A model generated the notes under the pieces. It was not told the DNA's origin. It saw nothing but the letters and a program-made list of their open reading frames with translations, and did not search any database. This document shows, in pieces, positions 42,838 through 58,669 of a stretch of 64,000 bases of DNA. The stretch comes from Chrysomallon squamiferum (taxonomy: Eukaryota; Animalia; Mollusca). Where the stretch lies: NCBI GenBank assembly GCA_012295275.1, contig CM022670.1, forward strand, positions 30,752,001-30,816,000. Reading direction: 5' to 3'. Position numbers and translations under genes: made by a program. Within the stretch, counting starts at the first letter, position 1. Every line of letters begins with the position of its first letter.

Positions 42838-43146
42838 TTATTGCATTCATTAAATTTATGCATAGGTTTCGAGATACATTCGATTTGTAATAACTAATTT
42901 CCTGAGCCCAGTAACAATTAAACTATAATAACAATCTGAAATATCCGACACAAACTCAATACGGTTTTGTACTGCGATAAACTAATAATATTTCTAGGTC
43001 TGAAACTAACAAATTTATTTTAATTAACTGATTAATTATTATTTCAAAAACAAAAAATAAATAAATAAAATTCTTATTATAAGTTTTTAAATATGTTTAG
43101 CAAATATTATTTTAGGTGAACCAGTATAACTAGTGTTTATTAAATT

Positions 43147-43177
<31 letters not shown>

Positions 43178-44672
43178 CATAAATAAATAAATAAGCGACA
43201 TGTTTATAATACGAAATTAAGTTTGTTGACGAAAATACCCGACTCAAACTACGTCCGGTTTCGTACTGCGATTATCTAATTCTCCGAGTCTGAGAATAAC
43301 CGCCAGGCATGGTCATTACAGAAGGAATGCTAATGGCAGGATTTCCTTTCTATGGCTATACGACATCTCGATTCGGGTTCTGAATTAATCATGGATTTTG
43401 CAAATCACCGGCTTCAGCCATTTAACGGAAGAAGAAACGAAATGCACTACTCGCCACCTGTGCGTACGTAGTAGTGATTAAGAAGCAATTGCTCCCCAAC
43501 CTTGGCAGATGATGCGAGTTCGTGCGACATCTCTGATTAAAGATTCTGCCAACTCGTGGGTCTTCCCAACCTGAAAAATAACGGTTATAATTTGACAAGT
43601 AGGCAGGTGATTTTTACTGCGATACAGCAGTTGTCATGACGACCATACAATGAAAGAACATAAAGCGAACGGTAATTTTTAATCTACGGATGTCTCTGGA
43701 CTTGAATATTTGCTTGCAGTAAAAATAATCTGAAGTAAAAAAAATTTAAACAAAAACCCACAAAACCCCCCACAAAACCCCCCACAAAAAACCCTAGTCT
43801 TTAATTATTATTCTTTAAAGTATTATTTACAGATATTAAAAAGAAAAAAAGTTATACAAACAGAAAAGAAATAATAATAATAATAATAATAATAATTAAA
43901 TGTGTTTATTAAAAATCAAAACACTTTAATACACTGAACATAATTGAATTTTGTTTATTAGATAAAATAATCTTTAGAAATTAGTTTTCGACCGCTGTTT
44001 AAAATTTATGTCATTTTTAATTTCATCGTTTACCAAATTATACTGTATATTTATTTAATCTCTTACTCTGACAATAAAATAGAACATAGATAAGAAATAA
44101 AAATAACGAGATTTGATTAATTTCATATGATATAATATAATGTAATATTATACACACTAATATGTCATATTTGAATGATACAATACTTTGACCAGAAATT
44201 AGCAATTATTTTAAATACTTCTATAAACAAACAAACACACGCACACACACACACACACAATGGCTATTGTTTTTGCTTCGTTGTCATTGAGAAAGTCTTA
44301 AAATATATCTTTACGTTAGACATGTTAACATCAGTTTTGGTTATGCGGATGTTTATAATATCATCCAAATTATTCGATGACGTAAATGTTATTGGAAACT
44401 TTTGACACGAACACAACAAAATGCTGAAGTACAAGCCTGTGCAAACAGAATTTTACAACCCCGAGGATGTAAATATAGGAATAATGTTAGTCATTAAAAG
44501 GAGAAATCGTAGACACAGTTTTATTGTGTTCTGTTTCAGTATTCACCCAGAAGTAGTACACATAGAATTGTTATTTTCATTGACTGAGACCAGGCCATCC
44601 CAGGACATTAATTCACGTGAAATCCGAGGTATGTACAAACTATCCTCCAGTCCGTTAATGTCATCAGAAAGC

Positions 44673-44731
<59 letters not shown>

Positions 44732-46812
44732 TTGTTGTTGAACACTACGATTACAGCTGAAAAGTATATTTGCAAAAATCTGATACGAACTTGTATCATT
44801 AAAATCATAATTGATCGTTTTTATTTAGTATCTATTATAGTGTTGGATTTATATTGTCCTTGCGCGGTTGTAGAATACTACTACTTATGAAAGAGAGAAA
44901 TCTGAATATAGACATTTCTATTTTGCTGCTGTCAAGGATTCTAATCGAAAATTCATATCTTTGTGTGTGTGTTTGTGTGTGTGTGTTGTAACATTATTTC
45001 CTTTCAGTAAAAATAACAATAAATTGGTCTCACTTGCTCACGTTTTCTAAACACATTTAAAAGAACTTGATATTAAAAACTGTGTAGCTAATATTAATTT
45101 TGGAATTAATTAATAATCAATCTAACTCGAATATCTCTGAACTCTGTATATTTAAATATGTCCACTTCGGTTCAATACGCTCCTACTGGCTGGCGAGCCA
45201 AGATGCTGCGTTTGTTGCTATGGATATACTAAACAAATGTAAAATAAAATATGTATATTTAATATCGGTGTATTCACGAGTGATTGTTATCTCTGCTTTA
45301 TTAATGGCTGAATTTGTTTTGTTTAACCATGTGTCTGTTTTCATGTGGGGTTTTTATTACAGAATTGTGAAAAGAGTTTTAATCTGAAATAAACTTAAAA
45401 ATTGAATATTATTTTAAGTTTCTTCTTTTGGAAAAAAATACAAAACTAAATTCTTTTAAAATGTAAACAATTATGTGATTTTCAGTCCAGTTCAGATTAG
45501 TTTTTGTTTTTGTTTTTGATTTAGACCAAACGCTGTCCTAAAAATAACGAAAATTATTGTGCAGTAAATTGTATTTTTAAGGGGACATACATGTGCTAGA
45601 ATACTCTAGTCTGTATGATTTACTTGGGCTTTAGCGTTTCTTAGGAGAAACTATTATACGGGGGTTTAAAGTCTGTAGGGTAAAATTAGTTCATTATAAA
45701 TTAGAGTCCTGATCATCCACGGATTTTGCATATCAGAAGCGAGAGGGTGTTGGAATCATATATCTGCAGATATGATGCCCCAATTATATTTATTTAATGA
45801 TTTATTTTTCATTATCTATTTATTTTATTTTACTTTAGTTTTTTTTTTTTTTTTTTTTAGTTTAGTTTTGTTTTGTTTATTTATATTTATTTGTTTTAAC
45901 GTTCTTATTTTTTAATTTGTTTTTAATGTTTTTAATTTTTATTTATTAATATTATTATTATTTATTTATTTCATTTTGTTGTGGTTTTTTTTGTGTTTTT
46001 TTTGTATCAATGTACTTTTATTTTAGTTCAGTTCTGTTCAACTAAGCTGTATTACATTCTGTTCATATCAGTTTGACTTCACAAGCAAGTCTATTAATTG
46101 TTTCTGAACCAGTCAAAACAGCAACCAAGAAAAAAAAGAAAGTGATCTGCTAATTACTGTTTTTCGTCTTCTTCTTTTCTATTTTCTTCTTTATCTAGAC
46201 ACATTAGATACCAGTTTTAATAACTTCCACTGACGAAGCAGCTGATATTTTACATAAACAAGGAAGAAGTTTCAGTTTCGCTGTAAACGATTTGCCTTTC
46301 CGCCGCAAGAAAAGCAAACAGCGGCACCTGTGTTCAGATCTGTTAGATGACTCTGTCATTGTGTTACTACATTTAGTCTACTGCAACAAGAAATTCCTAA
46401 TTTTAATTGTTAGACTTCTAGCAATAATGACGTCAACACAAAACATATTAAAAAAGGTATTTCTTGTCTAATAACTGATGTACTCTAAAGAGAAAGTGTT
46501 AAAAGATGGCAATTTGTTTTTATTTTTTAAAATGCCCCTTTGTTTCGTTCATGATTAGCAAACTAATGGTAATTTTTATTTCAATATTTATCTTATTTAA
46601 GACAGTATTTTATGGTAAAGTTCTTATTTTACGTGGCCTATACGGTTTCATAGGAGACTTACGTTTTATAATTAAAATCCTTTCATCTGCGGCCTCTATA
46701 CATATATACAGTTGTGGCTGTCCTCCTCCTCATCATTCTTTTCATACTCAATTTCTAATAACCACCACCACCATTATCATCATCACCATCATCATCATCA
46801 TCATCATCATCA

Positions 46813-46843
<31 letters not shown>

Positions 46844-47443
46844 CGCATAGTTATTAATAAGTATATTTTAAATGTACTCATTTCTTATCTAAGGCAGATA
46901 TACGTAATGACATACAACACTCCAGGCAGAAATTCTGCAAATAGACACATTGTTCAATAAAGAATGGTGACACAGATACTGTTAACTTGTTTGTTACTTT
47001 TATTACAAACGAAGTGATGTTACCAGTTAGATAAAGTATATCAAATAAACCAAAGTATAACCATTGATACCATACTGTGTATGCATGGATGTCAGGGTGG
47101 ATGGACGAACCAATGAACAACCTCAAACTGAATGAGACAGAGAGAGAGAGAGAGTAATAAGTGTGCGATTCTAATTAAATGCACTAGAACAAACAACAAA
47201 TAATATTAATTCGTTGGATGGTTCGTTTTCAGAGATTAAATCAATCTTAATATATTTAACAACACTTTTTTATACGATGTAAAATGAACATTAAAAATCT
47301 TTTCCATTCATTTATTATTACTGCTATAAAATAGATTAAAGCAGCTCAAGGCTAAAATCTACAATCCGTTTTATTTTTATATTCTAATTTTTTTTTTTTG
47401 TCCCTTCATATTCTGTTTTTTTTTAGTATATATATTTTTGAAT

Positions 47444-47474
<31 letters not shown>

Positions 47475-49960
47475 TCTATTTCTTTTATTATTATTATTAT
47501 TTTTTTATGTAATTTATTTCATCTTTATATAGATTTTCTTCTTCATTATTTACCCGAGCTAGATACGAGAATTTTTTTAAATAAGATTTTCTTAACCTTC
47601 TCTTCAGTTCTGTTAGATAAGGAAACAGTGGAATACTTTAATTATTGCAGTTATTATTTGAAAGTATAACATTTTTAGATTACTTTGACATGATTTTATA
47701 CCACAAATATACAATACAAAAAAATGTTCAAGGTAAAAAAAAGAAAATTCTTGATTTCAGTAATATAATTAAAGTGTTTATATATATGTGTATTTGTGTT
47801 TGCAGTTCTTTTGGTACAGTTTCGCTTCTGAGTTATTTTATCTTTTCATCAGATTTTTTATTATTAATATCACTATTTTTACTACTGTTGTTTTTACTCT
47901 GTTATTACTGTTATTACTGTCATTACCATCAATTTATATATCTAATTAATTGTCTATCTACTTTATATATATATATATATATGTATAATTCATTTTTTTA
48001 AATCTGAAGCTTTATTTTTATTTTGATACGTTTTGTTATACTCGTTGTATACCTTGATTTTAGCTTGTAAAAACATACCTGTTGAAACAAACCTGTCATG
48101 GGAAAAATATATATAAAAAAATATATGCCATCATTAAGTAAGATCAATAATGAATTTTCAGTAATGTCATCTACATGTTTATCGTCTTTTGTTTGTAATC
48201 GATATCTAATAATCATCATAACTCTTAAAGTTGCCTTTATTTCTTTTTAATGTTCTTTTTTCTTTCTTTCTTTCTTTTTTTCTTCTTTCAGATAGTTCTC
48301 TTTTTTCCTTCTTTTTTTTTTACCTTCTCATCTATATCTACAAGATTCACCTAATGACGTATTTGCAAGTCACGAAGGACGCCGCTATTTCTGTTATCTA
48401 AAACATTGCAAAAGAGAATAATTACGATCTGCAGTAATAGCGATCGTGCGTCCACCAGCAACACGAAGGTCAATCAGTATTGTTAAAAAGTGACTAGCAA
48501 GAAACACAATACAAGAATCAAATATCATTAATCTCTTTCACAGGTTTACGTTTACACTGCAAAGAAATGCAATTACTGGATATATGAGAAACACATTAGT
48601 GAACCGTTTTTTTATTTTTTATTTTATTTTATTTTTTTATTTATTTATTTTATTTTATTTTTTTTTTGGTTTGTTTTTTAGCTATCTACTTCCCTTTTAT
48701 ATTTTTTTTTTTACTCTAGTCTAATCATTTTGGCTTCAAGCTTTTATATCAAAGATCTGTTGTTTTTCATAATACTATTTTTTTTCTTTCTTCTGGAAAT
48801 CGTTATTGACTGCAATTTATTAAAAACAGAAAGGTTCATGAAAAGAAGCAGTTTTATTCTTTAAATAATTCTTTATGAAGAAAGATACTATTCTGAGTAA
48901 TAGAAAACTGTTAAAGAGAATGATGACAATAAAATTTATATATTTCTTTTTGTAATGATTTTTCTTCTGTTCTTAGAACCATTTGTAATTAATAATAATA
49001 ATAATAATAACTTTAGATTAGCGCGCCTGTAGGCGCTCACACACTCAACCATATATATATAGACATTTATAACTGGACACTGGATTTAAAGATGGCCATC
49101 TTCTGAAATTGGTCAAATATAGCTTTCTTGATAGCCATTTTTGTTATTATCATTCTACTTAAAAAAACAAACAAACAAATACAAAAAAAAACAATATTTT
49201 TTTCTTTTATTTCTGTGGGGCTGATAATTAATTAGAAAATAACCCCATACGGTACTAGTTACATACAGAAACGCTGAAATAAATTTAACTTGTATACTTA
49301 ACAGCAATTTGTTAATTAATATGTCTGCAAAATCGATTCTGTCTTTCTTTATAGTGTGACAGTGTTCATAGCATTTCACTAAATGATTTAACGCTCAGGA
49401 AACCACATGGTCACCAGCGACCAGCGAAAATGAATATATTAAAACTAATAGAGAAAAGTCACGAAAGTTTGTATGTGTGTAAATGTGTTGAATTTATCTC
49501 TTGCTTATTAGCAGTGAAGCATGCTGCTTTATGGATCTGTGTATAAGCGTAAAGGATTTTATTTTGTGTATAATTAAGAAATATTACTAGAAGTAAGCAT
49601 CTAGATTTAGACTCGAACTGCTATTGTTTGTAAGAAACAGAAACTATCAATGATGATGATGTTGATAGTATACATGGTTTAAACCGTTGTGTTTAATTTA
49701 TTAACTGAGATAATAAGGATGCCTCAAATAATGTTAATACCTGCATGAAAATAGTCTACGTAATGGAAACTAGGTAAAGCTCTATAGGAAGATTACAGAT
49801 CTATTTTAATAATAAAGGTCTTGTCTTTATTACTAACAAAATCGTGAAATCCAGAGAGATTACCACACATAGTATGAAGGTATTTTATTCAAGTCCAAAA
49901 TATATAAACGTCGTATGATTTTTAAGATTTAAAGTAATCTTGTGCATTTTATTTATTCTT

Positions 49961-50040
<80 letters not shown>

Positions 50041-50526
50041 TGCATTCATTCATTCATTTCAGTAACACTACAAATTAGACCATTAAATAACAAAGACGGA
50101 ATGTTATTAAGCTTTCAGAACAAGAGTTCAATGTACTTTAGTGTATTCGATCTAAGACGGGCGTTTCTTTTTACACAATTAAAACCAATAAGCTAAACCA
50201 TCATCACTTAAATCCTCTCACTTGTATTTATATAAAAATTATTTTTCACATTAAGTCTGCTAATGCAAGAAATAATGCAATTATAATATAATCAGACAAC
50301 GCCTTGGCAATATGGGTAAGCTAAAATCTTTAGGGATCGAAATCTGGTGGTATAAAACAGCCATATTCTCTCTAAACTTTTATGTTTTTGATATTTTTTT
50401 TTTTGTGAAAAAAAATATTTTTGTTTTACGAATGTTCCAGAATTTTTTTTTTTTTTTTTAATTATTATTAGTACTGCCTTGCTGCTACTGCTTCCTTTGA
50501 TGTAGGTAAATTTTAATTGTTATTTA

Positions 50527-50565
50527 TTACTACTACTACTACGGCTACTTCTACTAATGCTACTG

Positions 50566-50616
<51 letters not shown>

Positions 50617-50738
50617 TGACATCTAATGCTGCTAACACTGCAATGCTACTACTACTGATTCTGTTAATATCAAGTTTTAACTGCTGATTACCGCTACTGC
50701 TGCTACTACTACTACTACTACTACCACTACTACTACTA
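50527..50738. repeat. Degenerate (CTA)n/(CTG)n trinucleotide tract
   Basis: Read directly from the sequence. Confidence 0.9.
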
Positions 50739-51044
50739 GTTGTTTTTTAAAAAAAACCTCTTAAATAGTTATGACATTTTTACAGTTATAGGATTTATGC
50801 TAGTTAAAAAGTTTAACTTTACAAAATAAAAATATATAGTCACTCCAAGTATAATGATTATATTCTTGGACAGCGTCTCACCTGTTTGACATCATCACAT
50901 TGATGACGTTGACTTCTATTACACCTGGTTAGATCCTGAACAAATAAATGACGTCATCGTATTGGAATCTTAAACACCAGCAGAGGTTTTGTCGATTAAA
51001 TCAAGCGCTATTTTCAAAACATTATAAAGTTAACGAAGTAGACA

Positions 51045-51097
<53 letters not shown>

Positions 51098-53729
51098 TAT
51101 TTATTTATTTTAGATCAGAGACTGCACAAACTTATTGTTTATTATTGTTTTTGTTACACATAATCCTGAAATAAATGAATTCAAATTTAATTTACAAATC
51201 TGGCGATTTTTTAACTATGTTGGAATCTTGGGAGATCCCTGTTCGCATGTTGTTTTCTGTTTGAATTATTGATGGACTCCGTGTTTTCTTGATTCATCCA
51301 ACTACCTCATCAGACCCAGGGGAAATGATCACGTTAAATATGCCAATAAAAGACCTAATAGTGGAACAAAAAAAAAATAATAATAACCCTCTTTTATTCT
51401 TTTTTTTCTTTTTGTGATTGCTTTTTTTGTTTGTTTGTTTTTTAGGTCGTTCTTTTGTTGCTGCTGTTTCTTTTTCTTCTAGTTTTTATAAACAGTTTTT
51501 AAAATGAGAGGAGAGAGAGAGAAATCGTAAAATGTCGTAAAAATGGCACGACTACAAACTTTACGGTTCTTTCTCTATCTAATTCTGTGTCTCCGTTCCA
51601 GTTTATTTATTAATAATAATTTCTTTCCAGTTGCCATGTAGTTTGTTCTAAATCGATTTATAAGATGCTACCTAATCCTATTATATTCATGGAAATAGAG
51701 ATTCATCGTACTGCCGGATGTTATTATTACTGTCATAGAAATGCGGTTTTATGAACGAAATCAGGATAATAATAATTTATAAATAATAATGAAAAACATA
51801 ACAAACAAATAACATAAAAGATGAATTATTAGAACCTAGAACTGGAATATTTGCGCTATTTTAAAAATCACTTTCACTAGTCATTTTGAAGATAGATCAT
51901 ATTTCTAATTTACCGAATAATAAGCGAATATTTCGCATCTTCTGTCAGTATTTTTCACAGCTTCTTTTAGTTTACATGTTAGATATAAAGATGATGATAT
52001 TTCGAGATGATTGTTTTCTTTGCCCATTTTCTAATAACATCAACTTTTTATATATTTTTTTAATTATTTTTATAGTATTATTATTTTACTTGTTTGTTCT
52101 GTAAGTAAATGTTCAGTCTATCTTTATTGTTAATATTGCTATTTTCAGATATCAATATTTTATGATTATAATCCATGTTAATTTGTAAAGTTTACAAAGT
52201 GTTTTTAATTATATTTTATTCTATATTTATTTTAATCTGAGATAAAATTTTATTTTCTTTATTTCAGTTTTCAGGCGATAAGGCCAACGCTGTTAAGGGT
52301 TCAAAGAAAATAATATAGATATAGGCATTTTGTCCGCATATAAATTATCCCTTTTGTGTCAGGATAAAGAAAAACGATCGGTTTCTTTTCTTATATTTAC
52401 TTGTAGATTTCATAATCACTCTATATAATTTATTGTTTTTAAGTTACGTTTCTGGATTGAATTCCGATGAAGCTTTTTAAGCAGTGTAAGAGAATCCTTC
52501 TGTCCATTTTTTTAGAATAAACTAAAGCCATTACTCTTAGAAGCCTGGATTCGAGTTTAGATATTGCAGTGACATTTTTTAACTAGACCGAATTCGTATC
52601 TCTTTAGGCCAGTAAACTTCTGACCAGGGTGCAATAATGTCGACGTAACTGGTAACTTCCAGTAACGCCTAATAACGACACGCGCATTGATGTGAAAAAT
52701 GCTTAAGCTCTTTTGCCTGATAATCCCAACAGAACAGGATTAACTCAGTAGAAAAATGACCACCTGTGGCGCTGTCCTCTGTCACTGGACACTATGGGTT
52801 ATTTCCCCTAACAGTCGATGACACCATTGTTTATAGAACGCAAGCATGTGAAATGAGATTTTGGTATCTGAAAATTAACGACACCAAATGTGACATAAAC
52901 TAACTCCAAAGTCAAAGAAGAAATACATAAAGAAGGTAAAAGGGTTTTTGAATGGCCAAATATGCATGCTCTTTCTGATCATATTTAGAAATGTGTAATT
53001 TAATTGAACAAAATTAAGTATTCTTCACTAAAATTATTATTGGTTGATGGAAGAGGTGTTTTCTTTGTTATACTTTAATATTATTATTGATATCTTTCAG
53101 ATATTAAATTTTAGAAGACTTTGGTCATTTGCTCTTCTTTATTTTTTCGTCCCGTCATTGCTGGTGTTATCATCATCATCATCATCATCATTATTATTAT
53201 TATTATCATCATCATCGTCATCATCATAATCATTAATATTTTTATTTATTTATTTATTATCATTTTTATTGTTACTGTTAGTCGGAGTAGTAGTAGTAGT
53301 AGTTGATGTGTATTGACTTTGCTTTTCGTTTTAAAACTAAATTCATTCATCACATATTCATCAAACTACTTTTCAACATTGACAAAGAGCTGCTGTAGAA
53401 ATGACTAGTGTTAGAAGTTTCTCTCGTTTAGATGGCTGGCTGGTTGGTTAATTGCAATGATAGTTTATGTTCTTTGGCTTAGAACATTGTTTTGGTTGGT
53501 TAACGGCTTCAAGTGTTTTATTATTGGAGTTTGGATTTTGAAATATTTTATCTATTTCCTTTTCTATTGATTAACTACAAGATTATTTTTATTTGATTCT
53601 ATTTTTTATTTCGTGTTATATATTTATTTTTAATTTTTATTTTCGCTCTTTTTTATTATTATTTTATTCTTTTCTATTATTCTATTGTTTAAATTTTATT
53701 ATCATTTTTATATATTTATTATTATTTTA

Positions 53730-53783
<54 letters not shown>

Positions 53784-54423
53784 TTATGTGTGTGTACTGG
53801 TGTGATTTTTAATTTTTTGTTTAATTATATGAATCCTATAAACTACTGCCATGCAATTTAAATGTAGATACTTAGACAATTGTTCAGTATGAAACAGAAA
53901 GAAAATTTTAAATACATTTCCAGAAAAGAATAATTTTATTATTAAGTATTTACTATTAAAATCAAATTTAATAATCCGTTTTCTTCTTAAACAGTATTTT
54001 ATTAATATAAAAAAATTAATAAAAAATTAGAAATTAAAAATGTAATGCTGATATTCTGTCAGTCACTGAGTACGACAACCAAATAATATTGATGATAATA
54101 AAATTAATGTGCTCTAACATGCCAATCATTTATGTACAAAAATAATGCTTATTTAATAACATTACTTCATTTTGTAAAAACGTGTATTTTATGTTTTATT
54201 ATTATTATTTTTTTTTTAAAACAGTGTGTTTTGCAGTAAGATAATGGCAGCAAATTGAAATTTTATTGTGTATTAATTTGTGCATTTATCATCGAACACT
54301 ATTTAAACAATCGTAAAGCAAAGGCCGCTATTTTGTATGTTCATTTCCTTCACATCATCGATCTGTCACAGTGTTATCAGGATAATGAAGCTGAAATATA
54401 CATTCGTAAAACTTGCTGAACTT

Positions 54424-54483
54424 GGCTCGGTAGCTCAGTAGTTACAACGCATGCGTGAGGTTTGATAAATAGTTGGATCCAGC
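54424..54483 (+). mobile_element. tRNA-derived SINE head remnant
   Basis: A-box-like ggtagctcagtagtt and B-box-like gttggatcc at tRNA-like spacing. No intact cloverleaf. Confidence 0.4.
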
Positions 54484-54487
54484 ATTA

Positions 54488-55451
54488 GGGAAGGACGGGA
54501 TAAGTTATGCCACCCTTCTCCAGGCTGTCTGAGTGGATATGACTAGAAAGTGTTGCCACCTACTGATTATTGTTAGCATATATTTCTTATTGATATAGGG
54601 AACATGTCATTTTTCATAGACAAAAGTGCTATGATGAAAAGTATGAATTTTGGTGTCTAAAGTCGATCTTAGGCAGGCAGGTTTGCGAATTTTCTTTGTA
54701 CTCACTGCGTAGCTTATCCTGAAATCATCATTGCTATCAGTAAAGGGACACTGAGTCAACAAGGGGTAAGCTGTGCAAGTAATTATGGAGTAAGTTCTGC
54801 CATAGCATCACCCATGTTCATATTTACTTGTGTCAACTATCGCAATCATAAAATCAGGGGGTTTATTTAATAATTCCTCTTTCTTACTGATGATGATGCA
54901 TCCACAGAGGTGAAGATAAATTAGGATTTTGTTGTGGTGAAAGTTGCAGAAACGTCAAGCAGTAAGCACTACAATGCTAGGGTTGATGTTGTAGATGACG
55001 ATGAATCTGAGGGTGTGTCTTTGCAAAAGGTAGCTAACAAGATCAATGCTGAAAGTTCACAGGACCAAGCCTCTTTCACCAAAGATGATATAATCTATAA
55101 ACTGTCCAAGCCAGATCTGTAGGACGATCCTGCTGAAGTGTTGTTTCACATGCAACCTTAAAAAATGGCTAGCTGTCTATAGTCAGGTTTAATGCATATG
55201 TAGGCCAAAATAAAGAAAAGTGTGAATAGCATATAAATCTTACATTAGTTTAACCGGAAAACGTAATGAAATTCGTCTGTTGACTGTATTTAGAATACAT
55301 GTAGAATCATAGAGAGAGGTGAAAATAGGCTAGAATATTTTATAATCACTGACGTTTCCATATTTATATTTATTTATGTATAGATGTTGATACCGTGGAC
55401 TCCAGGTCGTTTAACTGGAAAACGGCACAACTTACTCCCTCCTCCTCTGCC
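54488..55451 (+). mobile_element. TA-flanked pogo/Tc1-like non-autonomous DNA transposon
   Basis: Inverted subterminal motifs gggataagttatgcc and ggcacaacttactccc, with internal repeats ggggtaagctgtgc and ggagtaagttctgcc. A fragment DFVVVKV..HYNARVDVVDDDE resembles transposase C-terminal tails. Confidence 0.6.
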
Positions 55452-56381
55452 TAGTGCAGCAACATAATAAACTGTTTGAAAACTACTTAACACAGCAATT
55501 AAGGAACAGACAGACGCCGTTGATTATCATCATCATCATCGCCGTAGTCGATGTCATTGACATCATCATTATTATTTTTTTTTTTTTTTTGTATTGTAAT
55601 TTTTTGTTCTTTAATTATTATAATTTCTATTCTTTATTTTTTTTTTTTTTTTTTGTTGTTTTATTTTATTTTATTTTATTTTATTTTATTTTATTTTTTT
55701 TTTTGTTTGTTTGTTTTTATTTTTTATATCTTTTATTTTTTTTTTGCGAAAACCATTTTAGTCTTTTACATTAAAAACATATGTTTTGTTAGCATATGAA
55801 TATATTCTGTATAATTTGTATGTTCACGTGTCTGAGTGTGCATATGTGAATAGTGTGAGTAGATATATCAATATTATAACAATCAAAATGCAGAATTAAA
55901 TTTATCCATCTGAAGGCAATACTGGGATTTTCCTAGGTTAGTCATTCACCTTTATAACAAAAAAATTATTCTGACTTATTTTATTGAGCTAAGTAAATTT
56001 AATATCACTTACTGAAATGGAAAAAACGAGAGTAATTTAGAAAGATGAAAAGCAAGAAACAAAAGTTCCCTAACGGATTAAAAAAAAATTCAAACTCTTT
56101 CTACGTCCCCAATTCAGATTGCACTGTATCTACTGAAGCTGAAATTAGACGCTCTGTGATGTCTCCCACGGGGAAGAGTAAAATAAATTTGTTCATTCTA
56201 TGATGGGTAAAATCAATTATTTTCCAGCATAACAGAGATGATCTGCCCCAAGAGGTAACTCTATGCTACAACTTGTACTAGTCTGTGATGTGAACGAGGT
56301 CTAATTTCTACGTGTCTTCGTTTAATCTGCTTGTAGCTTCTTTTTTCTTTTTTTTAACACCAGTTCTCATGAAGTTGTGAT

Positions 56382-56710
56382 ATCATTATTATCCTTGTCA
56401 TCATCATCATCATCGTCATTATTATTAGTATTGTTGTTGTCATCAACATCATCATTTTTATTATTATCGTTGTTGTTGCTTCTGCTGCTGTTACAGTTGT
56501 TCTTGTTGCTGTTGTTATTTTTGTTGTAATTATTATTATTATTATTAGTGTTGTTGTTGTTTTTACTGTTATTTCTATTACCATCATCCTCATCATCATC
56601 ATCATTACTGTACTTCTGTTATTTTCATCGTTACAGTTATCATCATAATTATTGTCTTCAGTATCATCAAAGAGTTATCAGACTGCCATTATCATTATCA
56701 TCATTGCCTA
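56382..56710. repeat. Degenerate trinucleotide low-complexity tract (CAT/TAT/TGT)
   Basis: Read directly from the sequence; it explains the spurious poly-I/T/M ORFs. Confidence 0.9.
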
Positions 56711-56969
56711 CGAGGTCATCGTCGTTCCAATATCTGTGTTATATTATGCTTCTGTTGCAGTCGCTGTTGTAACATGTAGAAAAATATAGATAGCTTGAAG
56801 CTAATTACTTTTTGAAACTGGTCTGAAAACATGCAACAAGTAAAATGCTCTGACAGATAAACAAAATTATACACATACACACACACACACACACATACAT
56901 ACATATACATTCATACATATATACATGTATGTATATGTATATATATGTCGATAGTAAGAGTGAAGAGAA

Positions 56970-57065
<96 letters not shown>
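56970..57065. repeat. (CA)n(GA)n microsatellite
   Basis: Read directly from the sequence. Confidence 0.97.
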
Positions 57066-57068
<3 letters not shown>

Positions 57069-57874
57069 GGTGGTATATAAAACTTCAGACACCGTAAGAG
57101 TATTTTAAAATAATTTTATTATATTTATCTCCAGTAAATTAACACATAGATGTAATATTATAATAATGAATTTAAAAAATAAATAAAATTTAAAAATATT
57201 TAAAAATATTTAAAAATAAATAAAATGAAAATAGTCGATACATTCAAGAAACAAATAGATTTTTCTGAATCATTATTTAAAATTTTTAATCCAAAATATT
57301 AGAAGTCCGTAATCCAGCAGGGTGTTTAACTATATCTGTGATGATAAGACAAAGTCTTTGTCTTTTTTCCTTTTGTTAAAAAAAAAAAAAATCGATCGAT
57401 ACAAATCTGACAAAAGAAAAGAAATGATACAATTCAGTTAAATGGGATAACACATGTTTAAAAACTTCTTCTTTCTTTTCACATGATTTGGCACATAAAA
57501 TATATTTATGCTATGTTAATCATAAAAGCCAGTTCATATCATTTAATGAAAATAGTTAACATTAATTGCTCTGCTATATTAAGGTTTGTCTGTGGAAACT
57601 GAAAATTTGTAGCGTTATCATTATTCAGTGAACGCTTCTCATTTAGTGGTCTAATTACTGGCGTTTTACAAGAGAAAAAGAAACTGGTGTTTATCAAATT
57701 CCGTGCAGACGTTCTTTAATTGAGAAAAAGACTTCATTAATAAACGAGTCTTGAGCGTAGCGACAAACAAAATCAAAGATGTTGGCCCTTTTTAACTTTT
57801 GTCTTTTTATTTTATTTTCACGTTCCTGTTTTATATCAGTTACACTATTTATATATATGCATACACACATACTC

Positions 57875-57905
<31 letters not shown>

Positions 57906-57976
57906 GACACACACTTATAATTAGTGTAACTGATATAAAAAACTGAGTCTATAAATGGCTAACTGGATATATACTT

Positions 57977-58036
<60 letters not shown>

Positions 58037-58614
58037 TTAATTTTTGAAACTAGAAATTTTCCTCGATATTTTTTCTTTTATTTCTGAATATTCTCGAACA
58101 TGATACTAGTTCAAACCAAAAAAGGAATTAATACAAAAATTATTGTTTATCTGTATATACATGTATTTACATAAAAGCAAGCAAAACATGATGGATAGGT
58201 CGCATGGAAGAGACATTTCCGTATCTTGGGAGAAGTCGCTCTGGCGATTGTAAATTTCACTTTGTCGTGAAGAATTTGATTGGGGCATCTTCTCTGTCTC
58301 TGTCATGTGACAAATCGTTGTTGACTACCGGATACATGACTCTTACAGTCAGTATGGCAAAAACAGCACTGTCGTAATTGACGCCATTATCAACCCGTGA
58401 GGGAGTAAGAGAAAAATGACATGATTGTGTCATTAGGATTATGTCTGGCATGAATAAGGTTCATATACTTGCGCCCGTTCCAAGCCCTTTTTTTTATGGA
58501 CATTGTAAAAATAAAAATATAACGATTTATATTTTTGGTTTCATCATTCCGAATAACAACAACTATGTTTTATTCCATACTTTGATTTCCTTACAAAAGT
58601 GCCAGGACTGTTCA

Positions 58615-58669
<55 letters not shown>

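Noticed and set aside
44539-44628. 90-nt segment with good acceptor (tttcag) and donor (gtatgt)
   Set aside because: The open frame I checked gives no recognisable protein and I found no partner exons. It cannot be supported without RNA data.
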